Origin: an uncultured Sulfurimonas sp. | Lineage (GTDB): Bacteria > Campylobacterota > Campylobacteria > Campylobacterales > Sulfurimonadaceae | Direction: 5' to 3' | NCBI GenBank assembly: GCA_963662755.1 | Contig: OY759725.1 | Coordinates: forward strand, 941,781-1,005,780 | DNA length: 64,000 nt | In this document: piece by piece, positions 1 through 8,759 of the stretch | How positions within the stretch are numbered: the stretch's first letter is position 1 | Layout of the letters: each line of letters begins with the position of its first letter | The notes under the pieces: generated by a model | Databases searched by the model: none | Told to the model about the DNA's origin: nothing | What the model saw: only the letters and a program-made list of their open reading frames with translations | Position numbers and translations under genes: made by a program

Positions 1-909
1 ATTATGGGGCTTTCTGGTTTCGCGGTTGTTCTTGCAAAAGCTTATCATCTTTTTAGTTTTCCTTATTGGTTTTATGCGACTATACTATTTATAGATACTG
101 TATTATTTTTACTAATATTTACAACATATATGTTTAAAGTGCTTTTACATACAGATGCTGTAAAAAAAGAGTTTTATCATCCTATAAAAAGTTCCTTTAT
201 GGCTACTATTTCTATTAGTTTTTTGCTTCTTTCTATAGCTCACTATGATTTTGCTCCTACTATTTCTGTACTTCTTTGGTACATTGGCGCACCTTTGCAA
301 CTTCTCTTTACACTCATAGTAATTCGCTATTGGATACACAATGAGTTAAATATAGTTCACAGTAATCCTGCATGGTTTATACCTATAGTTGGAAATGTTT
401 TAGTTCCTATTATCGGTGTTGAAGCTGCACCTGTTTATGTGTCGTTATTTTTCTTTTCTATAGGAATGTTTTTTTGGATAGTTCTTTTTACTATTATGAT
501 GAACAGAGTTATTTTTCATCATCCACTCGCACAAAAACTTGTGCCTACTTTTTTCATATTTATAGCACCACCAGCTGTTGGTTTTATAAGCTACCTTAGA
601 ATTACTGATGGTTCTATAGATATATTTGCAATATTCTTGTACTCCATAGCTGTATTTATTTTACTATTACTTTTATTTATGTTAAAAATGTATGACACTA
701 AGGTTTTTTACATCTCATGGTGGGCATATACATTTCCATTAACTGCCGTAACAATTGCTACACTAATGATGCATATGATATTTCACAACACTTTAACATA
801 TCTTGCATCTCTACTTCTTATAGCTCTATCATCTATGGTTGTAGGTTTCGTAGCATTTAGAACTATTAAAGCTTCTAGAGCTCAACAAATTTGTATTTCA
901 GAGGAATAA
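1..909 (+). CDS. TDT/SLAC1 family anion channel (tellurite-resistance/dicarboxylate transporter), probably 5'-truncated by the window edge
   Basis: Multi-pass hydrophobic protein with SNPAWFIPIVGN, PTFFIFIAPPAVG and SWWAYTFPL motifs typical of TDT proteins; the frame is open from base 1. Confidence 0.85.
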   Translation: MMGLSGFAVVLAKAYHLFSFPYWFYATILFIDTVLFLLIFTTYMFKVLLHTDAVKKEFYHPIKSSFMATISISFLLLSIAHYDFAPTISVLLWYIGAPLQLLFTLIVIRYWIHNELNIVHSNPAWFIPIVGNVLVPIIGVEAAPVYVSLFFFSIGMFFWIVLFTIMMNRVIFHHPLAQKLVPTFFIFIAPPAVGFISYLRITDGSIDIFAIFLYSIAVFILLLLLFMLKMYDTKVFYISWWAYTFPLTAVTIATLMMHMIFHNTLTYLASLLLIALSSMVVGFVAFRTIKASRAQQICISEE

Positions 910-911
910 AA

Positions 912-1418
912 ATGAATAAATTATCAATCTTAGTAGGTGCCGCTATCGGTGTAGTTTTTAGTGTCTTTTTAATGGGTTTTGCTTTTCAAGTAGCGGCTCC
1001 AACTATGCTTTTAAAAGAGGTAAAATCTTCTTATGAGTTTGAAAAAACAGTAGATTTGATTAAAACTAGAATCAACAATCAAAAGGGTTGGCATGTAACT
1101 GAGATTTTAGATCAACAACAAGAGATTATCTCTCACGGTGGTGCAGATATTGGTAAAGTAAAAATTATCAAGTTTTGTAATGCTAAATACTCAGCAGAGA
1201 TGCTAAGTCATGATGATAGCAAATTGATGGCTACAAAGATGCCACTTAGCATCTCTGTTTTTGAAAAAAGTGATGGTGAAGTTATTATTGGACTAAGCAA
1301 TGGATTTGTAATGGCAAGACTTTTTTCACAAAGAAGAGAGGGTGAGATTATGCAAAAAGTTGTAAAAGAGATAGAAGAAGTTTTAAGTTTTGCCCACTTT
1401 AGATTTACACTATTTTAG
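912..1418 (+). CDS. DUF302 domain protein with N-terminal membrane anchor
   Basis: ATG at 912 after gaggaataaa; KIIKFCNAKYS...MPLSISVFEK pattern typical of DUF302. Confidence 0.7.
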   Translation: MNKLSILVGAAIGVVFSVFLMGFAFQVAAPTMLLKEVKSSYEFEKTVDLIKTRINNQKGWHVTEILDQQQEIISHGGADIGKVKIIKFCNAKYSAEMLSHDDSKLMATKMPLSISVFEKSDGEVIIGLSNGFVMARLFSQRREGEIMQKVVKEIEEVLSFAHFRFTLF

Positions 1419-3356
1419 AGGAAGCTTTATACAAAAACAAGCTCCCTCTTCTTTATTGAAAACATTTAAATTACCTTGCATATTTTTCTCTATAATGATT
1501 TTTGCCATATAGAGACCTATGCCTGTTCCTTGTGATTTGAACTTTGTACTAAAGTATGGATCAAAGATTTTATTTTTTATATTTTCTGCTACTCCACCTG
1601 CATTATCAACTATATTTACATAAGCAAATTCATTATCACAAAAGACTTCTAAAACTATTTTTTTATCTTCTATTTCATTTATAATAAGTGCATCTTTTGC
1701 GTTATTTATAATAATAAGAAATACCTGCTGTAACTCATGTTTTAAACTATCTATATAAATATTTTCTTCTAATTTTAGAACTACTTTAATTTTTGCATAT
1801 TCAAGAGTAGTTCCAACAATGCTTAAGATATCTGTAATAGACTCATCAAGAGCAAAAGTTTCTTTTTCTTTATCACTTTTATAATAATTTCTAAAATCAT
1901 CTATTGTGTTTGACATATATTGAATGTTACTATCTATATTGTCGTGAATTTTATCAAAATCATCATCTGTAAGATTACCAAGTTTCTTTTTAAAGTATAA
2001 ATCTTGATTTAACAATCCTAACTCATTTAGAGGTTGTCTCCATTGATGAGCAATCTGTTCTATCATTTCACCCATAGATGCTAGTCTTGATTGAGATATA
2101 AGAATCTCATCTTTTTCTCTCTCTTGTTTAAGAATTTTGCTTACCGCCATATGAAGATTTTTATTGTGATTTTTTAGCTTTGTAGTGTACTCATCTTGTA
2201 AGCGGTTAAACCTTTCTGCAAGTGCAGCAGACAACAAAATCATCTCTATTGCTGAAGCAATTTGTTGAGCATATTTCATAGCTACATAACCAGATATAAG
2301 ATTAAATTTACTAAGTGCAAAAAGAATAGTTCCTATCAAAAAAATACCCCAACCAAGAACATAAAGACGTATAGAATAATAATCTTTTTTAATTACCATC
2401 AAACCTGCACTAAATAGGATTGTTGGAGTAATTACAGATAACAATGCCCCTGCTATAATCGTGTACTTATACGGTAAAAACATAGATGCTATTATCCCCA
2501 TAATTGATATATAGACTAAAGGTTGGATAACATTTTTATCATATTTTGGAATATTTTGCTTTGATTTTAAAAGATTTTGGCTAAATAAAAGTTGCACAAA
2601 AATACTTGTATATATAAAAAAGACAGTACCTTTGTCTCGCATCCAGTAGCTATCTGGCCACAAATACAAAGAACCTATACCATCAAAAGAGAGTTGCCAT
2701 AAAGAGTAAGAAAAAACGAACATTACATAAAGTAAATATATTTTTTCTTTAGTATATAAAAAAGTTATAGCATTATAAAAAAGTAAAACCAACAAGATGC
2801 CATAATATATTCCAGCTAAAGTTTGGTGTAAATGAGTGTTTTTTATAAGAGATTCATTAGAAGCTATTCGCATAGGAACAAGCATAGAACTGCTTGTTTG
2901 AACTTTTATATAAACCGTATAAATCTCTAAAGACTCAGAAGGAAGCAAAAAGAGTAAATGACTCTGCTTTATATCTATTAGAGACTTTTCTTCTAAATCT
3001 CCACTTTTTTTATGTAAAATAAGATTATCATTTTTGTCATAAATATAGATATTTACATGATCTAACAAAGGATAATCTATACATAACCACCACTTATTAT
3101 CTTGCATATTTTTATCATATTTATATTGTAATTTAAACCAATGTGGAGAAGCTAAAAAACCAAAACTAGGGATATCGTACTGATGTTTTGAAAATGTCTG
3201 TTTTTTTATCTCATCTACTGAAAGATTATTTTTTGCATCTATACAGTAATCAAGATAAGAACCAAGTACATACGGAGTTTCGTTTTGTTTAATACTAAGA
3301 ACTTCATGTGAAAATAAAAATGTAGTAAAAAATATCATTAAAAAAAGATGTTTCAT
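1410..3356 (-). CDS. 7TM-DISM sensor histidine kinase (extracellular DISM domain, 7 TM, HisKA, HATPase)
   Basis: DYPLLDHV and SSSMLVP extracellular motifs, seven hydrophobic segments, H-box EQIAHQWRQPL, N-box NNAKDA, G-boxes DNAGG and GTGIGL. Confidence 0.9.
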   Translation of the reverse strand: MKHLFLMIFFTTFLFSHEVLSIKQNETPYVLGSYLDYCIDAKNNLSVDEIKKQTFSKHQYDIPSFGFLASPHWFKLQYKYDKNMQDNKWWLCIDYPLLDHVNIYIYDKNDNLILHKKSGDLEEKSLIDIKQSHLLFLLPSESLEIYTVYIKVQTSSSMLVPMRIASNESLIKNTHLHQTLAGIYYGILLVLLFYNAITFLYTKEKIYLLYVMFVFSYSLWQLSFDGIGSLYLWPDSYWMRDKGTVFFIYTSIFVQLLFSQNLLKSKQNIPKYDKNVIQPLVYISIMGIIASMFLPYKYTIIAGALLSVITPTILFSAGLMVIKKDYYSIRLYVLGWGIFLIGTILFALSKFNLISGYVAMKYAQQIASAIEMILLSAALAERFNRLQDEYTTKLKNHNKNLHMAVSKILKQEREKDEILISQSRLASMGEMIEQIAHQWRQPLNELGLLNQDLYFKKKLGNLTDDDFDKIHDNIDSNIQYMSNTIDDFRNYYKSDKEKETFALDESITDILSIVGTTLEYAKIKVVLKLEENIYIDSLKHELQQVFLIIINNAKDALIINEIEDKKIVLEVFCDNEFAYVNIVDNAGGVAENIKNKIFDPYFSTKFKSQGTGIGLYMAKIIIEKNMQGNLNVFNKEEGACFCIKLPLK

Positions 3357-3441
3357 TCGCTCTCCGGTGTAAATTTATTATACATTAATATTATTAAATT
3401 ATATCTAATTATTGACATCTTATTTCAAAGATGATATATTG

Positions 3442-3465
3442 CGTTATATATTTTCATACATAATG
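3442..3465 (+). promoter_or_regulatory. ModE-type operator upstream of modA
   Basis: CGTTATATA-TTTTCA-TACATAATG contains TATAT-N7-TACAT (3445-3461), matching the established ModE consensus, about 55 bp before modA. Confidence 0.8.
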
Positions 3466-3518
3466 AAATATTACCAAAATATAGGATTAAACCTACTTTT
3501 AAAAACAAGGAAAGTGCT

Positions 3519-4256
3519 ATGAAAAACATATTTTTTTTACTAAGTTTTACTATCTCTATCTTAAATGCCGGCACTATAAATATAGCCTTAGCAGCAAATG
3601 TAAGCTACGCAATAGATGACTTAAAAAAAGAGTTCAACAAAATTCATCCAAACACAAAACTTGTAGTAACACTAGGAAGTAGTGGAAAACTAACAGCACA
3701 GATAAAACATGGCGCTCCTTATGACTTGTTTATGTCGGCAAATATGAAATATCCAGAATCACTCTATGATGAAAAGATAGCCATAAACAAACCTGTAATT
3801 TATGCTTTTGGTTCTTTGGCTCTTTTTTCTAGCAAAAAAAGAGATTTTAGCAAGGGTATTTACCTTCTAAAAAACAGTGAAATCTCAAAAATAGCCATAG
3901 CAAATCCAAAAACAGCTCCCTATGGTACAGCAGCGATGGAAGCTTTTGAAAATGCAAATATAAAAAATGATATAAAAAATAAACTTGTCTATGCTGAGTC
4001 GATTTCTCAAACAGTATCTTATGCTGTTAGTGCGACCGATATCGGACTAATCGCAAAATCATCACTTTTCTCACCAAAAATGACAAAGTACAAAGAAAAC
4101 ATCAACTATGCAGAAGTTGATATAAAGCTATATACACCGATAAAACAAGGTATAGTTATGTTAAAAAAAGATGAAGAAGTAAAAGCTTTTTATGACTTTA
4201 TTCTCTCATCAGATGCAAAGAAAATATTTAAAGAGTATGGATATATAGTCCCATGA
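3519..4256 (+). CDS. modA: Molybdate ABC transporter substrate-binding protein
   Basis: Signal peptide; ALAANV, GSSGKLTAQIKHGAPYDLFMSAN and IANPKTAPYG motifs. Confidence 0.95.
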   Translation: MKNIFFLLSFTISILNAGTINIALAANVSYAIDDLKKEFNKIHPNTKLVVTLGSSGKLTAQIKHGAPYDLFMSANMKYPESLYDEKIAINKPVIYAFGSLALFSSKKRDFSKGIYLLKNSEISKIAIANPKTAPYGTAAMEAFENANIKNDIKNKLVYAESISQTVSYAVSATDIGLIAKSSLFSPKMTKYKENINYAEVDIKLYTPIKQGIVMLKKDEEVKAFYDFILSSDAKKIFKEYGYIVP

Positions 4257-4654
4257 ATGAGTTTAAAGCGACAATAACAAATATACAAAATGTTGAAAAT
4301 CTAAATATTGTTAAGTTTGATTTTAATGGTATAAAGTTAAGCATGATGAGTCTTGAACTGAGTGATAAAATAACTATAAATAGCAAAGTTATATTAAGTA
4401 CAAAACCTACTCATATAGCCTTAGCAAAAAATTTTAGTGGAGACATTAGCCATTCAAATCAACTAGATGCTAAGATAGTTGAGATAAACAGTGCAGAACT
4501 TTTATGTAGTGTAAAACTAAGCATAGCAGATGCAATGTTTGAGTCTATCATAACTAAAAACTCGGCTTTAAGGATGAACTTACAAGTAGGCGAAAAAGTA
4601 ACTCTTTTTATAAAAGCAAGTGAGTTGTCAATCAAGGAGATTTTAAAGTGTTAG
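4253..4654 (+). CDS. Tandem TOBE-domain molybdate-binding protein (molbindin-like)
   Basis: Two TOBE-like repeats; C-terminal SIITKNSALRMNLQVGEKVTLFIKASEL; lies between modA and modB. Confidence 0.8.
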   Translation: MNEFKATITNIQNVENLNIVKFDFNGIKLSMMSLELSDKITINSKVILSTKPTHIALAKNFSGDISHSNQLDAKIVEINSAELLCSVKLSIADAMFESIITKNSALRMNLQVGEKVTLFIKASELSIKEILKC

Positions 4655-5340
4655 AGTCAATAGAATTTGCTCCCTTTTTACTATCTTTTAAACTAGCAGG
4701 AATTACAACGCTTATCTTGTTTGTACTATGTTTGCCTCTAGCATGGTGGCTCTCTCAAACCAACTCAAAAAGCAAACCTTTCATAGAAGCCATAACCGCT
4801 TTACCAATAGTTTTGCCTCCTTCTGTTTTAGGTTTTTACATTCTAATAGCTCTTTCTCAAAACTCTCCCATAGGTGCTTTTTTTGATGAATATTTTGGAG
4901 TAAAGTTAGTTTTTAACTTTAGCGGACTCGTTGTTGCTAGTGCTTTTTACTCTTTGCCATTTATGGTTCAACCTCTACAAAGTGGTTTTAAATCTATAAA
5001 TAAAAATATGTTAGAAGCTTCATACATCAGCGGAAAAAGTAAATATGAAACTATCATAAAAGTAGCACTTCCAAATATGAAACCAGCACTTATAACCGCT
5101 ATTATAGTTACATTTGCTCATACAGTTGGAGAGTTTGGAGTGGTTCTTATGGTTGGTGGAAGTATTCCAAATGAGACAAAAGTAGCATCTGTAGCAATTT
5201 ATGAGATGGTAGAGATTATGGACTATACCTCAGCTCATATCTACAGTGCTATCATGCTTATTATAAGTTTTTTAGTTCTTCTGTGTGTATATATCTTCAA
5301 CCAAAACAACAGCAATAAATTTGGCGAGTTTCATAAATGA
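4648..5340 (+). CDS. modB: Molybdate ABC transporter permease
   Basis: GTG start; LPIVLPPSVLGFY and FAHTVGEFGVVLMVGGSIP motifs. Confidence 0.95.
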   Translation: MLESIEFAPFLLSFKLAGITTLILFVLCLPLAWWLSQTNSKSKPFIEAITALPIVLPPSVLGFYILIALSQNSPIGAFFDEYFGVKLVFNFSGLVVASAFYSLPFMVQPLQSGFKSINKNMLEASYISGKSKYETIIKVALPNMKPALITAIIVTFAHTVGEFGVVLMVGGSIPNETKVASVAIYEMVEIMDYTSAHIYSAIMLIISFLVLLCVYIFNQNNSNKFGEFHK

Positions 5341-6191
5341 TAAACATAAACATAAATAAAAAACTTCACGGCGCGCAAAAAGAGATGAACTTAGATATAA
5401 ATCTTGAGATAAAAGATGGAGAGTTTTTAGCTCTAAGTGGACAGAGTGGAAGCGGAAAAACTACTCTTCTTAGAATCTTAGCAGGTCTTGAAGATGCACA
5501 AGGCGAAATAAGTGTAGACAATGAAAGTTGGCTAAACTCTAAAACAAAATTATCACCTCAAAAAAGAGCCATTGGTTTTGTTTTTCAAGACTACGCACTT
5601 TTTGAAAATATGAGTGTTTTAGACAATCTTTTATATGTAAAAAAAGAGATTGAACTAGCTGAGCATCTCCTTAGCATCACAGAACTACAAGAACTAAAAG
5701 ACAGACTTCCAAACACTCTAAGCGGAGGTCAAAAACAAAGAGTAGCACTTTGTCGTGCAATGATGAGACGTCCAAAACTTCTACTTATGGATGAACCATT
5801 ATCTGCTCTTGATCCAAAGATGCGAACAAAACTACAACATGAAATTCTAACTTTACATAAAGAGTTTAACACAACAACCATTATGGTAAGTCACGACCCA
5901 AGCGAGATTTACAGACTAGCATCTAGGGTAGTAGTTTTACAAAATGGAAAAATCACAAATGATGCAAATCCAAAAGAGATTTTACTTCGTACGCAAGGAA
6001 GTCAAAAATTTTCATTTAGTGGAGAACTTTTAGATATAAAAAAAGTGGATGTAATCTACATAGCCATCATAGCCATAGGTCAGCAACTTGTAGAAGTAGT
6101 AGTAAGTGAGCAGGAAGCTAAAAACTTACAAATAGGAAACACCGTAGAAGTAAGCACTAAAGCCTTTGCTCCCATGATTAGTAGTATATAG
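5337..6191 (+). CDS. modC: Molybdate ABC transporter ATPase with C-terminal TOBE
   Basis: Walker A GQSGSGKT, signature LSGGQKQR, Walker B LLLMDE; operon position. Confidence 0.9.
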   Translation: MINININKKLHGAQKEMNLDINLEIKDGEFLALSGQSGSGKTTLLRILAGLEDAQGEISVDNESWLNSKTKLSPQKRAIGFVFQDYALFENMSVLDNLLYVKKEIELAEHLLSITELQELKDRLPNTLSGGQKQRVALCRAMMRRPKLLLMDEPLSALDPKMRTKLQHEILTLHKEFNTTTIMVSHDPSEIYRLASRVVVLQNGKITNDANPKEILLRTQGSQKFSFSGELLDIKKVDVIYIAIIAIGQQLVEVVVSEQEAKNLQIGNTVEVSTKAFAPMISSI

Positions 6192-6495
6192 CTAACCAAA
6201 CACTCTCTTCATCTGGCTTTGTCCATGTAACTCTATGTTTTTTATGAGCGAGAATATTTATATAATCCCCCTCTTTTAATATTATATTTTCATCATTTTC
6301 AAACTCTAAAATTGCTTCACCTTTTAGCAAAACAACCCATTCATTATCTTCTTGGTCATACCATTCAAACTCTGTTGTTTTGTGTCCTTTTGAGACTATT
6401 CGCTCTATTTTGAGTCCATTTTTTGAGACAATCTCTTCAAAAAGTTCTTCTTTTAACTCTAGTGGTATGTTTGAAAATATATTTAATTTTTTCAT
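6178..6495 (-). CDS. Cupin domain protein
   Basis: WYDQEDNEWVVLLKGEA...HKKHRVTWT cupin motifs; overlaps amrB stop. Confidence 0.8.
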   Translation of the reverse strand: MKKLNIFSNIPLELKEELFEEIVSKNGLKIERIVSKGHKTTEFEWYDQEDNEWVVLLKGEAILEFENDENIILKEGDYINILAHKKHRVTWTKPDEESVWLAIYY

Positions 6496-7277
6496 AAAAA
6501 ATATGCACTCATATAGCCAACTACTCTACTTGTGTCTCCACTTGCATCTGCGCTGGTTCTATAATCAAGTAGATGCGAAGAAAGAGAGAGTTTTTCTGCA
6601 CTAAGCATCATCGCATTAACTCCCTTTATGCCACAAGCCTCACAACCACTATGAAGTAAATTTAGGTCTAAGTTTTTTACAGCTTCAAGACAGATAGCAT
6701 CTAGTTTATTTGCATCTTCTTCTTTGTAAAAATGACTCAAATCCGTACTTATGATAACTCCACAATCATCTTTAGCTAAAACAAAATCAATAATCTCAGA
6801 GATATCCTGCACATCTGCATCGCTATAAACCAACTCAACTATCTTTGCATCTGGTATATAGTGTTTTATAAATGGAAACTGAACTTCTGTACTGTGTTCT
6901 TGGTGAGCTTCACTTATGCATCTAAGTTCAAACTTTTCTCTTAATTTTTTTGACAAATCACTCTCAGACTCCAACTCTCCAAAAGGAGTTTCATAAGAGT
7001 TAAAATCACAAAGACTTATGCCTTTAAATCCAACACGATGAGAAGGTCCTATGACTACAAACTTTTTTACACCGCTTATTTGCAAAATTCTATATGCAAT
7101 ATTTGCACTATATCCTGAGTAAATATATCCAGCATGAGGAACTATTACAGCTCTACTTTTTACATTTGGGAGTGTAAAATTTTCTTCATAAACCTTGTTA
7201 AAATGCTCAAAATATCTCTCAAGTTCAACATCTCTTGCAGGGTAAAAACTACCTACAACATTCATACTTCGTTTCAT
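6492..7277 (-). CDS. amrB: AmmeMemoRadiSam system protein B (Memo/MEMO1 family)
   Basis: GSFYP, IVPHAGYIYSG, IGPSH, EHSTEVQFPF, ISTDLSHF and VVGY motifs. Confidence 0.92.
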   Translation of the reverse strand: MKRSMNVVGSFYPARDVELERYFEHFNKVYEENFTLPNVKSRAVIVPHAGYIYSGYSANIAYRILQISGVKKFVVIGPSHRVGFKGISLCDFNSYETPFGELESESDLSKKLREKFELRCISEAHQEHSTEVQFPFIKHYIPDAKIVELVYSDADVQDISEIIDFVLAKDDCGVIISTDLSHFYKEEDANKLDAICLEAVKNLDLNLLHSGCEACGIKGVNAMMLSAEKLSLSSHLLDYRTSADASGDTSRVVGYMSAYFL

Positions 7278-7289
7278 GATTTTTTCCTC

Positions 7290-7862
7290 CTAAAGTGTTT
7301 CAACCTTATCGAACTTATCTTTTATGTGTTCAACTTCATATCTGTAAAGAGTTGGATGCTCACTATACACAGACATAGAAGTTCCAGCTTTCATACTAAG
7401 ATGCTCTAAAAATAGTTTTGGAGTTGGAAGTTGCTCCCAAACTTGTGGTAAAAAAGTACCTTGATAGATGCCATGCTTTAAGATAAGCCCATCAACATTT
7501 GGTCTCACTTTTTTTTGCAAATCTTCATAATCATCATACTCTAAAATCTTAGGCTCACTTAAAACTGAGACTTCAAGACTTAGATGCTTTAGTTCATCTT
7601 CACTCAAAGCTTTAAATCTCGGATCACTAAATCCAGCTGAGATAGCATTATGAACTATATCATCTATAAGTCTTCTATGAGGAACTATAGAACCTATGCA
7701 TCCACGCAACTCTTTATCATACTTTAATGTCACAAAAGCAGCCCCATCTTCACCTAAAAAGGGATAACTCTTTACAAGAGCTTCTGTATCTATTCTCTCT
7801 TTAGCATCTAGCTTTTGAAGTATCGCACTCTTTGCTATGCGAAGCAAAATAGCATCTAACAT
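7290..7862 (-). CDS. amrA: AmmeMemoRadiSam system protein A (AMMECR1 family)
   Basis: AAFVTL..LRGCIGS, DPRF, LEVSVLS and GTFLPQVWEQ motifs. Confidence 0.92.
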   Translation of the reverse strand: MLDAILLRIAKSAILQKLDAKERIDTEALVKSYPFLGEDGAAFVTLKYDKELRGCIGSIVPHRRLIDDIVHNAISAGFSDPRFKALSEDELKHLSLEVSVLSEPKILEYDDYEDLQKKVRPNVDGLILKHGIYQGTFLPQVWEQLPTPKLFLEHLSMKAGTSMSVYSEHPTLYRYEVEHIKDKFDKVETL

Positions 7863-7863
7863 A

Positions 7864-8736
7864 TCAGCGCACTATCTCTTTTAGAGCATCTTCAAAGTAT
7901 GGATATCTAAACTCAAACCCAGCTTCTAAAAGTTTCCTCGGATATACATCTTTGGAGTCTAGCATCACGCTTGAGCCCTCTCCAAAGATAAGTTTTATAA
8001 CAAACTCAGGAACTCCAAAAAATGTAGGACGATGAAGTACTTCTCCCATGATTTTTGTTTGCTCTATATTTGAGAGAGAGTGTGCAGTTGTGAAGTTTAT
8101 AGCTCCATTTAACTCTGGTGTTTTTATGATAAACTCATAAGCACTTAGCAAGTCATCTATATGTATCCATGAGATTATTTGATGACCCTCTCCTAGTTTT
8201 CCACCGACACCCATCTTAAACGGTGGTAGAATCTTCTCCATTGCCCCACCCTCTTTTGCGTAGATAACTCCAAATCTTGTCTGAACGCTTCTAACTCCAT
8301 AGTCTTCAGCACGTCTTGCCTGGTCTTCCCAATCTTTACATATATGAGAGAGATAATCATCTGCAAACTCTTGTGAGTATTCATCATGTTTAGCCTCTGA
8401 GTCATAGATGCCAACCGCAGATGCAGATATAAAAAGTTTTGGTTTTTCTACGCATTGAGCCATAGCATCTACGAGTTTTTTAGTAGTATCTACTCTTGAA
8501 CTATAGAGTGTTTTTTTATACTCTTGGCTCCATCTAGCTATAATACTTGTTCCACTTAGATTTATCAAAACATCACAATCTTCTATCTCTTTTGCAATCT
8601 CTTGTATCTTTGTGTTTTCTCTGATTTTTACACCCACGACATCATTATGTTTAGATGCAAACATCTCTTGAAGTTTTGAGCCTACAAGCCCACTTATACC
8701 ACAAATAACTATCTTCATTCTAAATTTATTTGACAT
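7864..8736 (-). CDS. TIGR01777 family NAD(P)-dependent oxidoreductase/epimerase
   Basis: GISGLVG Rossmann motif, INLSG, SASAVGIY, RFGVI, SWIHIDD and VYPRKL. Confidence 0.88.
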   Translation of the reverse strand: MSNKFRMKIVICGISGLVGSKLQEMFASKHNDVVGVKIRENTKIQEIAKEIEDCDVLINLSGTSIIARWSQEYKKTLYSSRVDTTKKLVDAMAQCVEKPKLFISASAVGIYDSEAKHDEYSQEFADDYLSHICKDWEDQARRAEDYGVRSVQTRFGVIYAKEGGAMEKILPPFKMGVGGKLGEGHQIISWIHIDDLLSAYEFIIKTPELNGAINFTTAHSLSNIEQTKIMGEVLHRPTFFGVPEFVIKLIFGEGSSVMLDSKDVYPRKLLEAGFEFRYPYFEDALKEIVR

Positions 8737-8759
8737 TTTAAAATTCCTTATAGATATAA

